DNA from: Cyanobium sp. NIES-981
GTDB lineage: Bacteria > Bacteroidota > Bacteroidia > Cytophagales > Spirosomataceae
DNA length: 19,908 nucleotides
NCBI GenBank assembly: GCA_943368815.1
Contig: CALRLS020000033.1
Coordinates: forward strand, 1-19,908
Direction: 5' to 3'
The notes beneath the pieces are model-generated. The model saw only the letters and a list, made by a program, of their open reading frames with translations, made no database searches and had not been told where the DNA came from. The position numbers and the translations under genes are program-made. Below, one piece after another: positions 1 through 8,939 of the stretch; position 1 is the stretch's first letter, and every line of letters starts with the position of its first letter.

Positions 1-1077
1 GCCAATACGATGGCATCTTCTATTGAGGCAATGGGCATGAGCTTACCAAACAGTTCGTCCTATCCGGCTACACACGAAGGCAAAAAAGCAGAATGTGTGG
101 CTATCGGAGCAGCAATGAAGAATTTGTTAGAGAAACAGATTCTGCCACGTGATATCATGACTCGTAAAGCCTTTGAAAATGCTTTAGCGATGGTGATGGC
201 ATTAGGAGGTTCCACTAACGCAGTATTACATTATCTGGCCATTGCTTCATCGGCAGGGATACCATTTACTTTAGATGATATTCAGGCCATTTCAGACCGC
301 ACCCCACTATTGGGAGACCTGAAGCCATCCGGTAAATACTATATGGAAGATGTACTGGCTATTGGTGGTGTACCTTCAATAATGAAATATTTAGTAAAAA
401 ATGGTTTAATGCACGGCGATTGCATGACCATTACCGGTAAAACGATAGCCGAAAATTTAGAAGAGGTACCTGATTTGGATTTCGATAAGCAAAATATTAT
501 CAGACCAGTCTCCAATCCGATAAAAGCCACAGGCCACTTACAGATTCTATATGGCAACTTAGCTGAAACAGGCGCAGTAGCAAAAATTACAGGAAAAGAA
601 GGAGAAAAATTTGAGGGTATTGCCAAAGTATGTGAGCGTGAAGAAGAAGTAATAGAGTATTTGAGCAAAGGAGAAATAAAAGCCGGACAGGTAATAGTGA
701 TTCGTAACGAAGGACCTAAAGGTGGCCCGGGTATGCCGGAAATGCTAAAACCTACTTCGGCAGTAATGGGAGCAGGACTGGGAAATTCAGTAGCGATGAT
801 TACCGACGGTCGTTTCTCAGGAGGCACACATGGTTTTGTAGTAGGGCATGTTACACCCGAAGCTTATGACGGTGGCGCTATAGCCCTGGTAAAAGACGGC
901 GATAAGATTACGATTGATGCGATTGACAATAAACTTACTTTGCATATATCTGATGAAGAAATGGCAGCACGCAGAGCCGCATGGAAGCCAAAAGAATCAA
1001 CGTTTACAAGAGGTGTTTTAAGAAAATATATCAAGAATGTTAGCTCAGCGAGCGAGGGTTGTGTAACAGATTTATAA
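1..1077 (+). CDS. ilvD: Dihydroxy-acid dehydratase, C-terminal ~358 aa (5' end lies upstream of the window)
   Basis: Frame 1 is open from base 1, so the ATG at 10 is internal. Translation carries IlvD/Edd-family motifs: [28 protein letters not shown] and [12 protein letters not shown]. Stop at 1075-1077. Sits at the head of an ilv gene string. Confidence 0.95.
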   Translation, partial: ANTMASSIEAMGMSLPNSSSYPATHEGKKAECVAIGAAMKNLLEKQILPRDIMTRKAFENALAMVMALGGSTNAVLHYLAIASSAGIPFTLDDIQAISDRTPLLGDLKPSGKYYMEDVLAIGGVPSIMKYLVKNGLMHGDCMTITGKTIAENLEEVPDLDFDKQNIIRPVSNPIKATGHLQILYGNLAETGAVAKITGKEGEKFEGIAKVCEREEEVIEYLSKGEIKAGQVIVIRNEGPKGGPGMPEMLKPTSAVMGAGLGNSVAMITDGRFSGGTHGFVVGHVTPEAYDGGAIALVKDGDKITIDAIDNKLTLHISDEEMAARRAAWKPKESTFTRGVLRKYIKNVSSASEGCVTDL

Positions 1078-1087
1078 TCAAGAATGT

Positions 1088-1819
1088 ATGGATGATTTTA
1101 TAAAGAAATTTGCCCGGAAATACCTGAATCTGGAGCTTCGTCGATTCAATGTCATGAACTCCCCGTTTGCCTTAATCAAACATTTATTAGAAACACATGA
1201 GATTGATTTACTGGTTGATGTTGGCGGGTTTATAGGTACCTATGGGCTGGAAGCCAGAGAAATGGGATATGCAGGTGAAATCATATCGTTCGAACCCATT
1301 AAGGCGAGTTTTGAAAAACTCAGAGCCAATGCAGATAAAGACCCTAAGTGGATATGCCATAATATGGGCTTTGGAACAAAAAATGAAGAACTGACTATCA
1401 ATATTGCCGGGAATTTTGCAAGTAGCTCTTTGCTCGGAATGCACAAAAATCACACGGATCTAGCACCCGACACAGCCTATCAGGCCACAGAAACGATTCA
1501 GATTAAACGATTAGATGAGGTAATAACCCCGACAATAGCCAAACATTACCAATCTATTTACTTAAAAATTGATGTGCAGGGCTATGAACTGAATGTATTG
1601 GCGGGAGCCACAGAGGTACTGCCCTACATTAATGTGATTCAGGCAGAAATTTCGTTTGTGCCGCTATATGAACAAGGGCCGCTGTATAATGAAGTAATCA
1701 GTAAATTAGATGAATTAGGCTTTGAACTTTTTACGATTCTTCCCGAGCTGAAAGACCCCAAAACCGGAAGGTTGATGCAGGGAGAGGGGATCTTTATAAA
1801 AAAGCAAAGCAATAAGTAG
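1088..1819 (+). CDS. FkbM-family SAM-dependent methyltransferase (Methyltransf_21-like)
   Basis: 243 aa. Has a VDVGGFIGTYG nucleotide-binding loop, FEP after beta-2, and LKIDVQGYELNVLAGA, equivalent to the family's KIDxEGxExxVLxG signature. Starts 10 nt after the ilvD stop and ends 40 nt before ilvB. Confidence 0.8.
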   Translation: MDDFIKKFARKYLNLELRRFNVMNSPFALIKHLLETHEIDLLVDVGGFIGTYGLEAREMGYAGEIISFEPIKASFEKLRANADKDPKWICHNMGFGTKNEELTINIAGNFASSSLLGMHKNHTDLAPDTAYQATETIQIKRLDEVITPTIAKHYQSIYLKIDVQGYELNVLAGATEVLPYINVIQAEISFVPLYEQGPLYNEVISKLDELGFELFTILPELKDPKTGRLMQGEGIFIKKQSNK

Positions 1820-1859
1820 AAGACTTAAGACAATCAATGATATTTAAAACCATTCTGAC

Positions 1860-3620
1860 ATGGGAAATTTATTAGAAATAGAAGCTAAACAAGAGACTTT
1901 CGCTATCAGTATTGAGCAACCTCAAAAGAAAGACTTTCTTTCAGGGGCTCAGGCAATGATGGAATGTCTCTTAGCCGAGGGAGTAGAAACCATTTTTGGT
2001 TATCCCGGTGGAGCCATCATGCCGACTTATGATGCCCTCTATGACTACATTGACCGACTGAATCATATTCTGGTTCGTCATGAGCAGGGAGCAGGACATG
2101 CTGCGCAAGGGTATGCACGTGTCAGTGGGCGTACAGGTATCTGTCTGGTAACTTCCGGTCCGGGAGGTACCAACCTTATTACCCCTATTGCTGATGCTAT
2201 CATTGATTGTACGCCATTGGTTTGTATTGTAGGTCAGGTGAAATCAACATTGCTTGGTACAGATGCATTTCAGGAAACCGATATGATTGGTGTTACTACA
2301 CCAGTCTGCAAATGGAATTATCAGATTACAAGCCCTGATGAAGTACCGGAAGTAATGGCTAAAGCTTTTTATATAGCTCAAACCGGAAAACCGGGCCCGG
2401 TAGTAATAGATTTTACCCGTGATGCACAGGCAGGGAAAATGACGGAGAAATTTGAGTATAAGAAAGTAAATAAGATGGTTACTTATCGCCCTCGAATTGT
2501 ACCTAAACAAGAGCAGATAGAAAAGGCAGTTGAGTTAATTAACAAAGCCAAGCGTCCTTATATCATATTTGGCCATGGTGTATTGATTGCAGATGCCATG
2601 CAGGAATTGCTGGAATTTGTAGAAAAAACAGATATTCCATGCGCAAGTACTTTACTTGGACTTTCAGCCATGCCTATAGATCACCCCAATTATATGGGTT
2701 GGCTGGGTATGCATGGTATGTATGCACCTAACGTAATGACCGACCAGTGCGATATACTAATTGCCATTGGTATGCGTTTCGACGACCGTGTAACGGGTGA
2801 TTCTACCAAATTTGCCAAGCAAGCCCGAATCATTCATATTGAAATTGACCCTTCTGAAATCGAAAAAATCAAGAAGACGGAAGCTCCGGTGGTGGGCGAT
2901 GCTAAAGAGGCATTGAAAATGCTGATGCCATTGGTAAAGAAAGGAGATTTTACAGGATGGAAAAACGAGTTCAGAAAATTAGATGCCAGAGAACACGAGA
3001 AAGTAACACTTCGTGATTTAAAAGGTGAAGGGAAAATCAAGATGGCAGAAGTAGTAGCCATGCTTTCTGATAAAACTAACGGTGAAGCCTGCATTGTAGT
3101 AGACGTGGGTCAGCATCAGATGGTAACTGCCCGTTATTATCAGTTCCGTAAACCTCATTCTTATATTGCGTCAGGCGGATTAGGTACGATGGGATTTGCC
3201 ATTCCGGCTTCTTTCGGTGCCAAAATGGGTGCGCCACACCGTGAGGTGGTGGGTATCATCGGTGATGGTTGTTTTCAGATGACCATTCAGGAATTAGGCA
3301 CCATTGCACAAAGCGGCCTTGCCGTGAAGATGATAATCCTGAATAACAATTATCTGGGTATGGTTCGCCAATGGCAGCAATTGTTTTTCGATAACCGCTA
3401 TTCGTTTGTCGAATTGCAGAACCCTGACTTCATTACTATTGCCAAAGGTTTTGGTATAGATGGACATACCTGCAATGAACGTGAAAGTTTAAGCGATTCG
3501 CTTGACAAAATGCTTGCTTCTAAAAAGGCCTATTTGTTAGAAGTAATAGTAGAAAAAGAAGAAAACGTATTCCCGATGGTTCCGGCAGGAACAAGTGTAT
3601 CGGAGATACGACTGGAATAG
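1860..3620 (+). CDS. ilvB: Acetolactate synthase (AHAS) large catalytic subunit
   Basis: 586 aa ThDP enzyme. Motifs seen: GYPGGAIMP, HEQGAGHAAQGYAR, GGLGTMGFAIPASFGAK, and IGDGCFQM...LNNNYLGMVRQWQ (the GDG...NN ThDP-binding motif). Confidence 0.95.
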   Translation: MGNLLEIEAKQETFAISIEQPQKKDFLSGAQAMMECLLAEGVETIFGYPGGAIMPTYDALYDYIDRLNHILVRHEQGAGHAAQGYARVSGRTGICLVTSGPGGTNLITPIADAIIDCTPLVCIVGQVKSTLLGTDAFQETDMIGVTTPVCKWNYQITSPDEVPEVMAKAFYIAQTGKPGPVVIDFTRDAQAGKMTEKFEYKKVNKMVTYRPRIVPKQEQIEKAVELINKAKRPYIIFGHGVLIADAMQELLEFVEKTDIPCASTLLGLSAMPIDHPNYMGWLGMHGMYAPNVMTDQCDILIAIGMRFDDRVTGDSTKFAKQARIIHIEIDPSEIEKIKKTEAPVVGDAKEALKMLMPLVKKGDFTGWKNEFRKLDAREHEKVTLRDLKGEGKIKMAEVVAMLSDKTNGEACIVVDVGQHQMVTARYYQFRKPHSYIASGGLGTMGFAIPASFGAKMGAPHREVVGIIGDGCFQMTIQELGTIAQSGLAVKMIILNNNYLGMVRQWQQLFFDNRYSFVELQNPDFITIAKGFGIDGHTCNERESLSDSLDKMLASKKAYLLEVIVEKEENVFPMVPAGTSVSEIRLE

Positions 3621-3625
3621 AATAA

Positions 3626-3749
3626 TTGAGTGATTGTGTGAATGAGTGATTGAGTGATTATATAATTATAATTTTGAAATTAAGGACATATAATCACTCA
3701 ATCGCTAAATCACTCATTCACTCAATTCCCTGTTCACTCAATCACTCAA
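3626..3749. repeat. Imperfect palindromic element built from GAGTGATT / AATCACTC octamers in the ilvB-ilvN spacer
   Basis: 16-bp perfect complementarity between 3648-3663 and 3688-3703. Further complementary blocks: 3638-3647 with 3712-3721 (10 bp) and 3626-3636 with 3739-3749 (11 bp). AT-rich 24-nt loop at 3664-3687. GAGTGATT occurs 3 times in the left arm and AATCACTC 3 times in the right arm. No trailing T-tract. Confidence 0.8.
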
Positions 3750-3761
3750 TTTACATTACCA

Positions 3762-4301
3762 ATGACAACATACACTATTTGCGTATTTACCGAAAATAGC
3801 ATCGGATTACTCAACAAAATCACAATAATTTTTACCAGGCGAAGAATCAATATTGAATCTTTGACTGTCTCGGAGACTGAAAGAAAAGGTATCTCTCGTT
3901 TTACGATTGTTATTAAACATGAAAAACGCGAAGAGGTAGAAAAACTTGTTCGTCAGATTCGTAAAATAATTGAAGTACTGGCTGTTTTCGGTTATTTGAA
4001 CGAAGACATCGTTTACAACGAAATTGCCCTCTATAAAATCTCAACTCCTATTGATGGCAAAGTAATCGATGTCGAAAACATCAATAAAGTGTATAAAGCA
4101 TGGGTAGTTTACTGGGGACTCGACTACGTGGTGATTGAAAAAACAGGTACTGAAAGAGAAATTTTCGACTTTTTCAGATACATCAAACCTCATGGTATCA
4201 TAGAATTTGTTCGCTCAGGAAGAGTAGCAGTAGGAAAAACACCTCAGGGACTCATTGAGTACTTACCTGAGGAAATTGCTGAATGGGAGTATTATCTGTA
4301 A
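3762..4301 (+). CDS. ilvN: Acetolactate synthase small regulatory subunit
   Basis: 179 aa. N-terminal ACT-domain pattern ICVFTENSIGLLNKITIIFTRRRINIESLTVSETE. Lies between ilvB and ilvC. Confidence 0.9.
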   Translation: MTTYTICVFTENSIGLLNKITIIFTRRRINIESLTVSETERKGISRFTIVIKHEKREEVEKLVRQIRKIIEVLAVFGYLNEDIVYNEIALYKISTPIDGKVIDVENINKVYKAWVVYWGLDYVVIEKTGTEREIFDFFRYIKPHGIIEFVRSGRVAVGKTPQGLIEYLPEEIAEWEYYL

Positions 4302-4341
4302 GAATCATTTTTTCGCATAAACACAAAACAATACAATAAAA

Positions 4342-5385
4342 ATGGCAAAGTTAAATTTTGGCGGTGTTGAAGAAGAAGTAGTAACCCGCGAAGAGTACCC
4401 TCTCGAAAAATCAAGAGAGTTTTTGAAAAAACAAACCATCGCTGTGATTGGCTACGGCGTACAAGGTCCTGGTCAGGCAATGAACATGCGTGACAACGGA
4501 TTCAACGTAATTGTTGGACAACGTCCCGGCAAAACCTACGACAAAGCAGTAGCTGATGGTTGGGTACCGGGCAAAACACTTTTCAACATTGAAGATGCAT
4601 TGAAAAAAGGTACTATTATCTGTTTCCTTTTGTCTGATGCTGCTCAAATCGCTTTGTGGCCAACCGTTAAAAAATACCTTAAAAAAGGCAAAACTTTGTA
4701 TTTCTCTCATGGTTTTGGTATTACTTACAGCAAAAAGACTGGTATCAAACCTCCTAAAACTGTCGATGTAGTATTGGTAGCTCCTAAAGGCTCTGGTACA
4801 TCACTTCGTCGTTTGTTTGTAGAAGGCAAAGGTCTGAACTCAAGCTTTGCAGTATTTCAGGATGCCTCAGGCCATGCCCGTGAAACAGCAATTGCTATGG
4901 GTATCGGTGTAGGTTCAGGATATTTGTTTGAAACAGACTTCTATCGTGAAGTAACTTCTGACCTTACAGGTGAAAGAGGTACTTTGATGGGTGCTATTCA
5001 GGGTATTTTCGCTGCTCAATACGAAGTATTGCGTGAAAACGGACACTCACCATCAGAAGCTTTCAACGAAACTGTTGAAGAATTAACACAATCGTTGATG
5101 CCATTAGTAGCAGAAAACGGAATGGACTGGATGTATGCCAACTGTTCTACTACTGCCCAACGTGGTGCTTTAGACTGGTGGAAACCTTTCCATGATGCAA
5201 CCAAACCTGTATTCAAAAAACTATATCAAAGCGTAAAATCGCAAAAAGAAGCTGCTCAATCTATCGAGCGCAACTCTCAACCTGATTACCGCGAGAAACT
5301 AGAAGTTGAATTAGCAGAATTACGTGATTCAGAAATGTGGAAAGCAGGTGCTACTGTACGTAGCCTGAGACCAGAAAGAAACTAA
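4342..5385 (+). CDS. ilvC: Ketol-acid reductoisomerase (class I, NADP-dependent)
   Basis: 347 aa. Rossmann loop IGYGVQGPGQAMNMRDNG. The SHGF, APKGSG and LTGERG segments are typical of KARI. Confidence 0.95.
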   Translation: MAKLNFGGVEEEVVTREEYPLEKSREFLKKQTIAVIGYGVQGPGQAMNMRDNGFNVIVGQRPGKTYDKAVADGWVPGKTLFNIEDALKKGTIICFLLSDAAQIALWPTVKKYLKKGKTLYFSHGFGITYSKKTGIKPPKTVDVVLVAPKGSGTSLRRLFVEGKGLNSSFAVFQDASGHARETAIAMGIGVGSGYLFETDFYREVTSDLTGERGTLMGAIQGIFAAQYEVLRENGHSPSEAFNETVEELTQSLMPLVAENGMDWMYANCSTTAQRGALDWWKPFHDATKPVFKKLYQSVKSQKEAAQSIERNSQPDYREKLEVELAELRDSEMWKAGATVRSLRPERN

Positions 5386-5415
5386 TTCTTTATTAGATAA
5401 GATTAACAAATGATT

Positions 5416-5450
5416 GAGTAGGTATTTTTTACCTACTCATTTTATTTTTT
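5416..5450 (+). terminator. Rho-independent terminator after ilvC
   Basis: Stem GAGTAGGT (5416-5423) pairs with ACCTACTC (5431-5438). 7-nt loop, followed by ATTTTATTTTTT. Confidence 0.75.
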
Positions 5451-5452
5451 AT

Positions 5453-5460
5453 TACATTTG
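5453..5460 (+). promoter_or_regulatory. Possible Bacteroidota -7 box (TACATTTG) for ilvA
   Basis: Matches TAnnTTTG about 78 nt upstream of the ilvA start and just after the ilvC terminator. No clear TTTG -33 box at the expected spacing. Confidence 0.25.
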
Positions 5461-5537
5461 GCAAAAATTCTATCGGATAATTGAGCATTACGTGATAGTT
5501 TAGTAAAATCAAAATCAGGTTAAAACGTATTTAACCA

Positions 5538-6824
5538 TTGACCAGCATCAACAAAACAGTGCCAGAAAAACCATTGATATTTCCGGATATAGACAATATG
5601 TATGTCGCTGCCGAAAGGCTTGAAGACGTGGCTACACATACGCCACTAATGCACAACCTTAATCTTTCGGAGCGTTACGGTGCTGACATCTATCTCAAAC
5701 GGGAAGATTTACAGGTAGTGCGCTCTTATAAAATCAGAGGTGCGTACAATAAGATGGCGAGCCTGTCTAAAGAGCAGTTAGATAAAGGAGTAGTTTGTGC
5801 CAGTGCCGGAAACCACGCCCAGGGGCTTGCTTATGCTTGCAGAAAACTGGGAGTCACGGGCACTATCTTTATGCCCACAACAACACCTGCCCAGAAAATA
5901 AAGCAGGTAGGTATGTTTGGAAAAGAGTTTGTGAAGATTGAATTAGTGGGTGATACTTACGACGATGCCTATTTTGCTGCAAAAGCTTTCTGCGAAGAGC
6001 AAAAGGCAACATTTATTCACCCTTTTGATGATTTACAGGTAATTGAGGGGCAGGGTACAGTAGGACTTGAAATCTTTAAAGACTCAAATTTTAAAATAGA
6101 TTATCTGATTTTTGCTATTGGTGGTGGTGGTCTGGCTTCAGGTGTATCAACTGTTTTTAAACAATTATCGCCCAGAACCAAGCTGGTTGCTGTTGAACCT
6201 CTCGGTTCTCCAACCATGAAGAGTTCGCTGGAAGCAGGGCATGTAGTAACGCTGGAAGAAATCAATAAGTTTGTAGATGGTGCAGCCGTGAAACGTGCAG
6301 GTGATTTAACTTTTGAGGTCTGCAAACAGAATCTCAATCACGAAATTATTCTGATTCCGGAAGGGAAGGTTTGCTCAACCATTCTTGAATTATACAACGA
6401 AGAAGCTATCGTAGCTGAGCCTGCCGGTGCTTTATCAGTTGCTGCTTTGGATTTCCTTAAAGATGAAATAAAAGGCAAAAATGTAGTATGTATTATTGGA
6501 GGTGGCAATAATGACATCACCCGTACTGAAGAGATAAAAGAGCGTTCATTATTATACGAGGGGCTGAAGCATTATTTTATTATCCGCTTTCCACAACGTG
6601 CAGGGGCTTTTAAAGAATTCCTGAACGATGTACTGGGTCCGACGGATGATATCGTACTCTTTGAATACAATAAAAAAACCTCCCGTGAACGCGGGTCGGC
6701 ATTGGTAGGCATTGAACTGAAACAGAAATCGGATTATGACCCGCTGATTCAGCGTATGGAAGACCATAATATCCAATTTGAATACATTAACAAAAAACCC
6801 GATTTATTTGAGTTTTTAATTTAG
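5538..6824 (+). CDS. ilvA: Threonine ammonia-lyase (biosynthetic threonine dehydratase), short form with a single ACT-like regulatory domain
   Basis: PLP-fold II motifs: SYKIRGAYNKM (PLP lysine), ASAGNHAQG and the GGGGL loop. C-terminal ~90-aa regulatory domain. The start is a TTG at 5538. The next in-frame ATG (5598) would remove the conserved FPDI... N-terminal segment, so the exact start is uncertain. Confidence 0.9.
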   Translation: MTSINKTVPEKPLIFPDIDNMYVAAERLEDVATHTPLMHNLNLSERYGADIYLKREDLQVVRSYKIRGAYNKMASLSKEQLDKGVVCASAGNHAQGLAYACRKLGVTGTIFMPTTTPAQKIKQVGMFGKEFVKIELVGDTYDDAYFAAKAFCEEQKATFIHPFDDLQVIEGQGTVGLEIFKDSNFKIDYLIFAIGGGGLASGVSTVFKQLSPRTKLVAVEPLGSPTMKSSLEAGHVVTLEEINKFVDGAAVKRAGDLTFEVCKQNLNHEIILIPEGKVCSTILELYNEEAIVAEPAGALSVAALDFLKDEIKGKNVVCIIGGGNNDITRTEEIKERSLLYEGLKHYFIIRFPQRAGAFKEFLNDVLGPTDDIVLFEYNKKTSRERGSALVGIELKQKSDYDPLIQRMEDHNIQFEYINKKPDLFEFLI

Positions 6825-6896
6825 AACCTGTTCATAGAATAGGAAGCAACAGTATTCTATCTTACCTTTGTAATTCAAGAAGCCCTTATTATTTGA

Positions 6897-8936
6897 ATGT
6901 ATTGGATATTTCTGCCCCTTTTTCTTTTCTTCTTATGGCAAATCCATCGAAATGCCATCTACATTTCTGAAAGCCTGAGTGATTACGGCCTCAAATTGTT
7001 TCTTGGCTTGGTTTCGTGCATTATTCCTACAGGGTTTCTTTTGTCGGTTTTTAATCAGATTAATCAACCTGTTACCTGGGGCCTGTCTGTCAATCTGATT
7101 GCATTTCTGTTCTATATCATTTTCCGACAAATTGCCAATAATCATCATTTCAGATTAAAAACCGGGTTTCAGGGTCTTAAAAATAAATTTGTTACTAACT
7201 GGCAGAATCAGGCTATTGTAAACAAAATATCAATGGGTATCCTATTAACAGGGGTGCTCACCACAGTTATAATAAACCTGGTTATTACGTTTGTAACTTT
7301 CCCTAACGAATGGGATAGTATGACGGGGCATCTGGTAAAATGTGCTTATTATCTGCAAAACGGCAATATGAACCGCCTGCAAGGCACCACCTGGACGATT
7401 GATTTTTATCCGAACTCCCTGCCAACCTTACAGATGTTCTTTTATCACGTGTTGGGTGAAAAAGGTTTTAAGTTTATTCATTATCTTTCATACTGGGTTT
7501 TCGCCTTATCAAGCTATGGTATTGCGCTTAAAATCTCCAAGAACTTTACGGCATCTCTCTTTGTGGGGCTTATCACGCTTTTGCTTCCTACGGCTTTAAT
7601 ACAAGCTACTACTACCGAAACAGACATTGTATTAAGTGCTTATTTAGGCATTCTGGCTTATACTCTATTCTCGTTCAAGCAAAAGCCAACACCACTGAAT
7701 ATTATCCTGATAGCCTTAATTGCAGGAATCTGGATTGGGCACAAGGTTACTTTTTTATTAATTGCTCCCGCTGCGGTTGCTGTTGCCATCTATACGGTTT
7801 TATTCAAAAAAGAATTTTATAAAAATATCAACCTGTTCTTAATCAGTTTTATGATTAGTGTAGGCGTGTACGTGCTTCCCACGGGTTACATCGGTAATAT
7901 AAAAGAAGTAGGAAAATTCAGTCTAGGCAGCCTCTCAGCACCACCCTTGGTGATGAAATGGCATGGAGTTGAGGGGTATACAGGCAAAGAAAAAATTCAG
8001 AATATTGCCTTCAATATCGGTCGCTATTCTTCTGATTTCCTGAATCTGGACGGTATTCGCAGCACAGAAGCAGGCAAAAAAATTAATGATGCTTTTCGTT
8101 ATTTACCCGATAAAGCCTTTGGAAGTTTACCGATTGAGAGCCATAAATTTACTGTAGTTTCATACTTTTCTTTCAGCCATCCTATTCGTTTTTATGTTGA
8201 AAGACCCTACTGGGGCATTATTAGTTTTGGTATGGTGCTTCCTGTAACATTGCTGCTTCTTTATCGCTTTATCAGGAATTATCGACAAATTAGTTCTACC
8301 CAGAAAAGCATGCTGGTATTAGTGGTGGCAGCCCTGTTACATTTTTTATCATTATGTTATTCTGCCCCTTATGACCCTATCAAAGCGAGGTATTTTTTGA
8401 ATATGGCGGTCTGGTGTATGCCTTTGCTGGTTTCGTTTTATGCTTTGGCCGAAAAGAAAAAAATCTGGCAGTACTGGTCTTTGGTTTGTTGTCTTGTAGT
8501 TGGTATTTCAGCTGTATGCAGCATCTTATTTACACGCATTCACCCGATATTCGACCAAAAGAATATCTTCAATATGTCGCGCATGGAACAATTGACTATT
8601 GCCCGGCCTGACATTTACGAAGCCTACAGGAAATTTGACGAAATCGTACCTGAAAATGCCGTAGTGGCTTTAGGAACCCAGCAGGAGCATGAAGATTTTG
8701 AATACCCGCTTTGGGGCGCGGCCTTTAAACGAAAACTTATTCCTATTCACCCGTTCCGTAGCAGAGTAAAGCCTATTCCTGCAGAAGCAGAGTATTTGTT
8801 TTATTCAAAAGGCGTATTGCCCTATCAGGAAGGTGATATTGCGTTGGGCAAAGGCGATGAACATAATGATACTCCAGTAGAAGAAAGCGCCTTTTTCCTG
8901 AGAAAATTGAATCCACAAACTATAAATAAGAAATAA
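6897..8936 (+). CDS. Large polytopic membrane protein, probable GT-C-fold (ArnT/PMT-like) glycosyltransferase with a C-terminal soluble domain
   Basis: 679 aa with roughly 13-14 hydrophobic spans. An acidic loop motif FPNEWDSMTGHLVKCAYYLQNGN follows a TM helix, resembling the first-loop D/E motif of ArnT/PMT_2 enzymes. There is a ~100-aa loop between TM blocks and a ~130-aa hydrophilic tail. Assignment rests on topology and motif resemblance only. Confidence 0.5.
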   Translation: MYWIFLPLFLFFLWQIHRNAIYISESLSDYGLKLFLGLVSCIIPTGFLLSVFNQINQPVTWGLSVNLIAFLFYIIFRQIANNHHFRLKTGFQGLKNKFVTNWQNQAIVNKISMGILLTGVLTTVIINLVITFVTFPNEWDSMTGHLVKCAYYLQNGNMNRLQGTTWTIDFYPNSLPTLQMFFYHVLGEKGFKFIHYLSYWVFALSSYGIALKISKNFTASLFVGLITLLLPTALIQATTTETDIVLSAYLGILAYTLFSFKQKPTPLNIILIALIAGIWIGHKVTFLLIAPAAVAVAIYTVLFKKEFYKNINLFLISFMISVGVYVLPTGYIGNIKEVGKFSLGSLSAPPLVMKWHGVEGYTGKEKIQNIAFNIGRYSSDFLNLDGIRSTEAGKKINDAFRYLPDKAFGSLPIESHKFTVVSYFSFSHPIRFYVERPYWGIISFGMVLPVTLLLLYRFIRNYRQISSTQKSMLVLVVAALLHFLSLCYSAPYDPIKARYFLNMAVWCMPLLVSFYALAEKKKIWQYWSLVCCLVVGISAVCSILFTRIHPIFDQKNIFNMSRMEQLTIARPDIYEAYRKFDEIVPENAVVALGTQQEHEDFEYPLWGAAFKRKLIPIHPFRSRVKPIPAEAEYLFYSKGVLPYQEGDIALGKGDEHNDTPVEESAFFLRKLNPQTINKK

Positions 8937-8939
8937 GCG

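Noticed and set aside
339-827. 162-aa ORF on the minus strand
   Set aside because: It lies entirely antisense to the strongly supported ilvD coding frame. The translation is low-complexity (Pro/Ser/Ile-rich) with no recognisable motif, which is a typical shadow ORF.
3621-3761. Possibility that the GAGTGATT repeat region is a CRISPR array or an IS remnant
   Set aside because: The repeats are 8-nt units arranged as a palindrome, not 25-40-nt direct repeats with unique spacers. No transposase, cas gene or target-site duplication is visible.
6834-6860. Hairpin ATAGAATA / TATTCTAT between ilvA and the membrane-protein gene, plus TACCTTTG at 6863-6870
   Set aside because: The 8-bp stem has a single G-C pair, an 11-nt loop and no T-tract, so it is not convincing as a terminator. 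The TAnnTTTG-like box has no -33 partner. I cannot decide whether ilvA and the cluster are co-transcribed.
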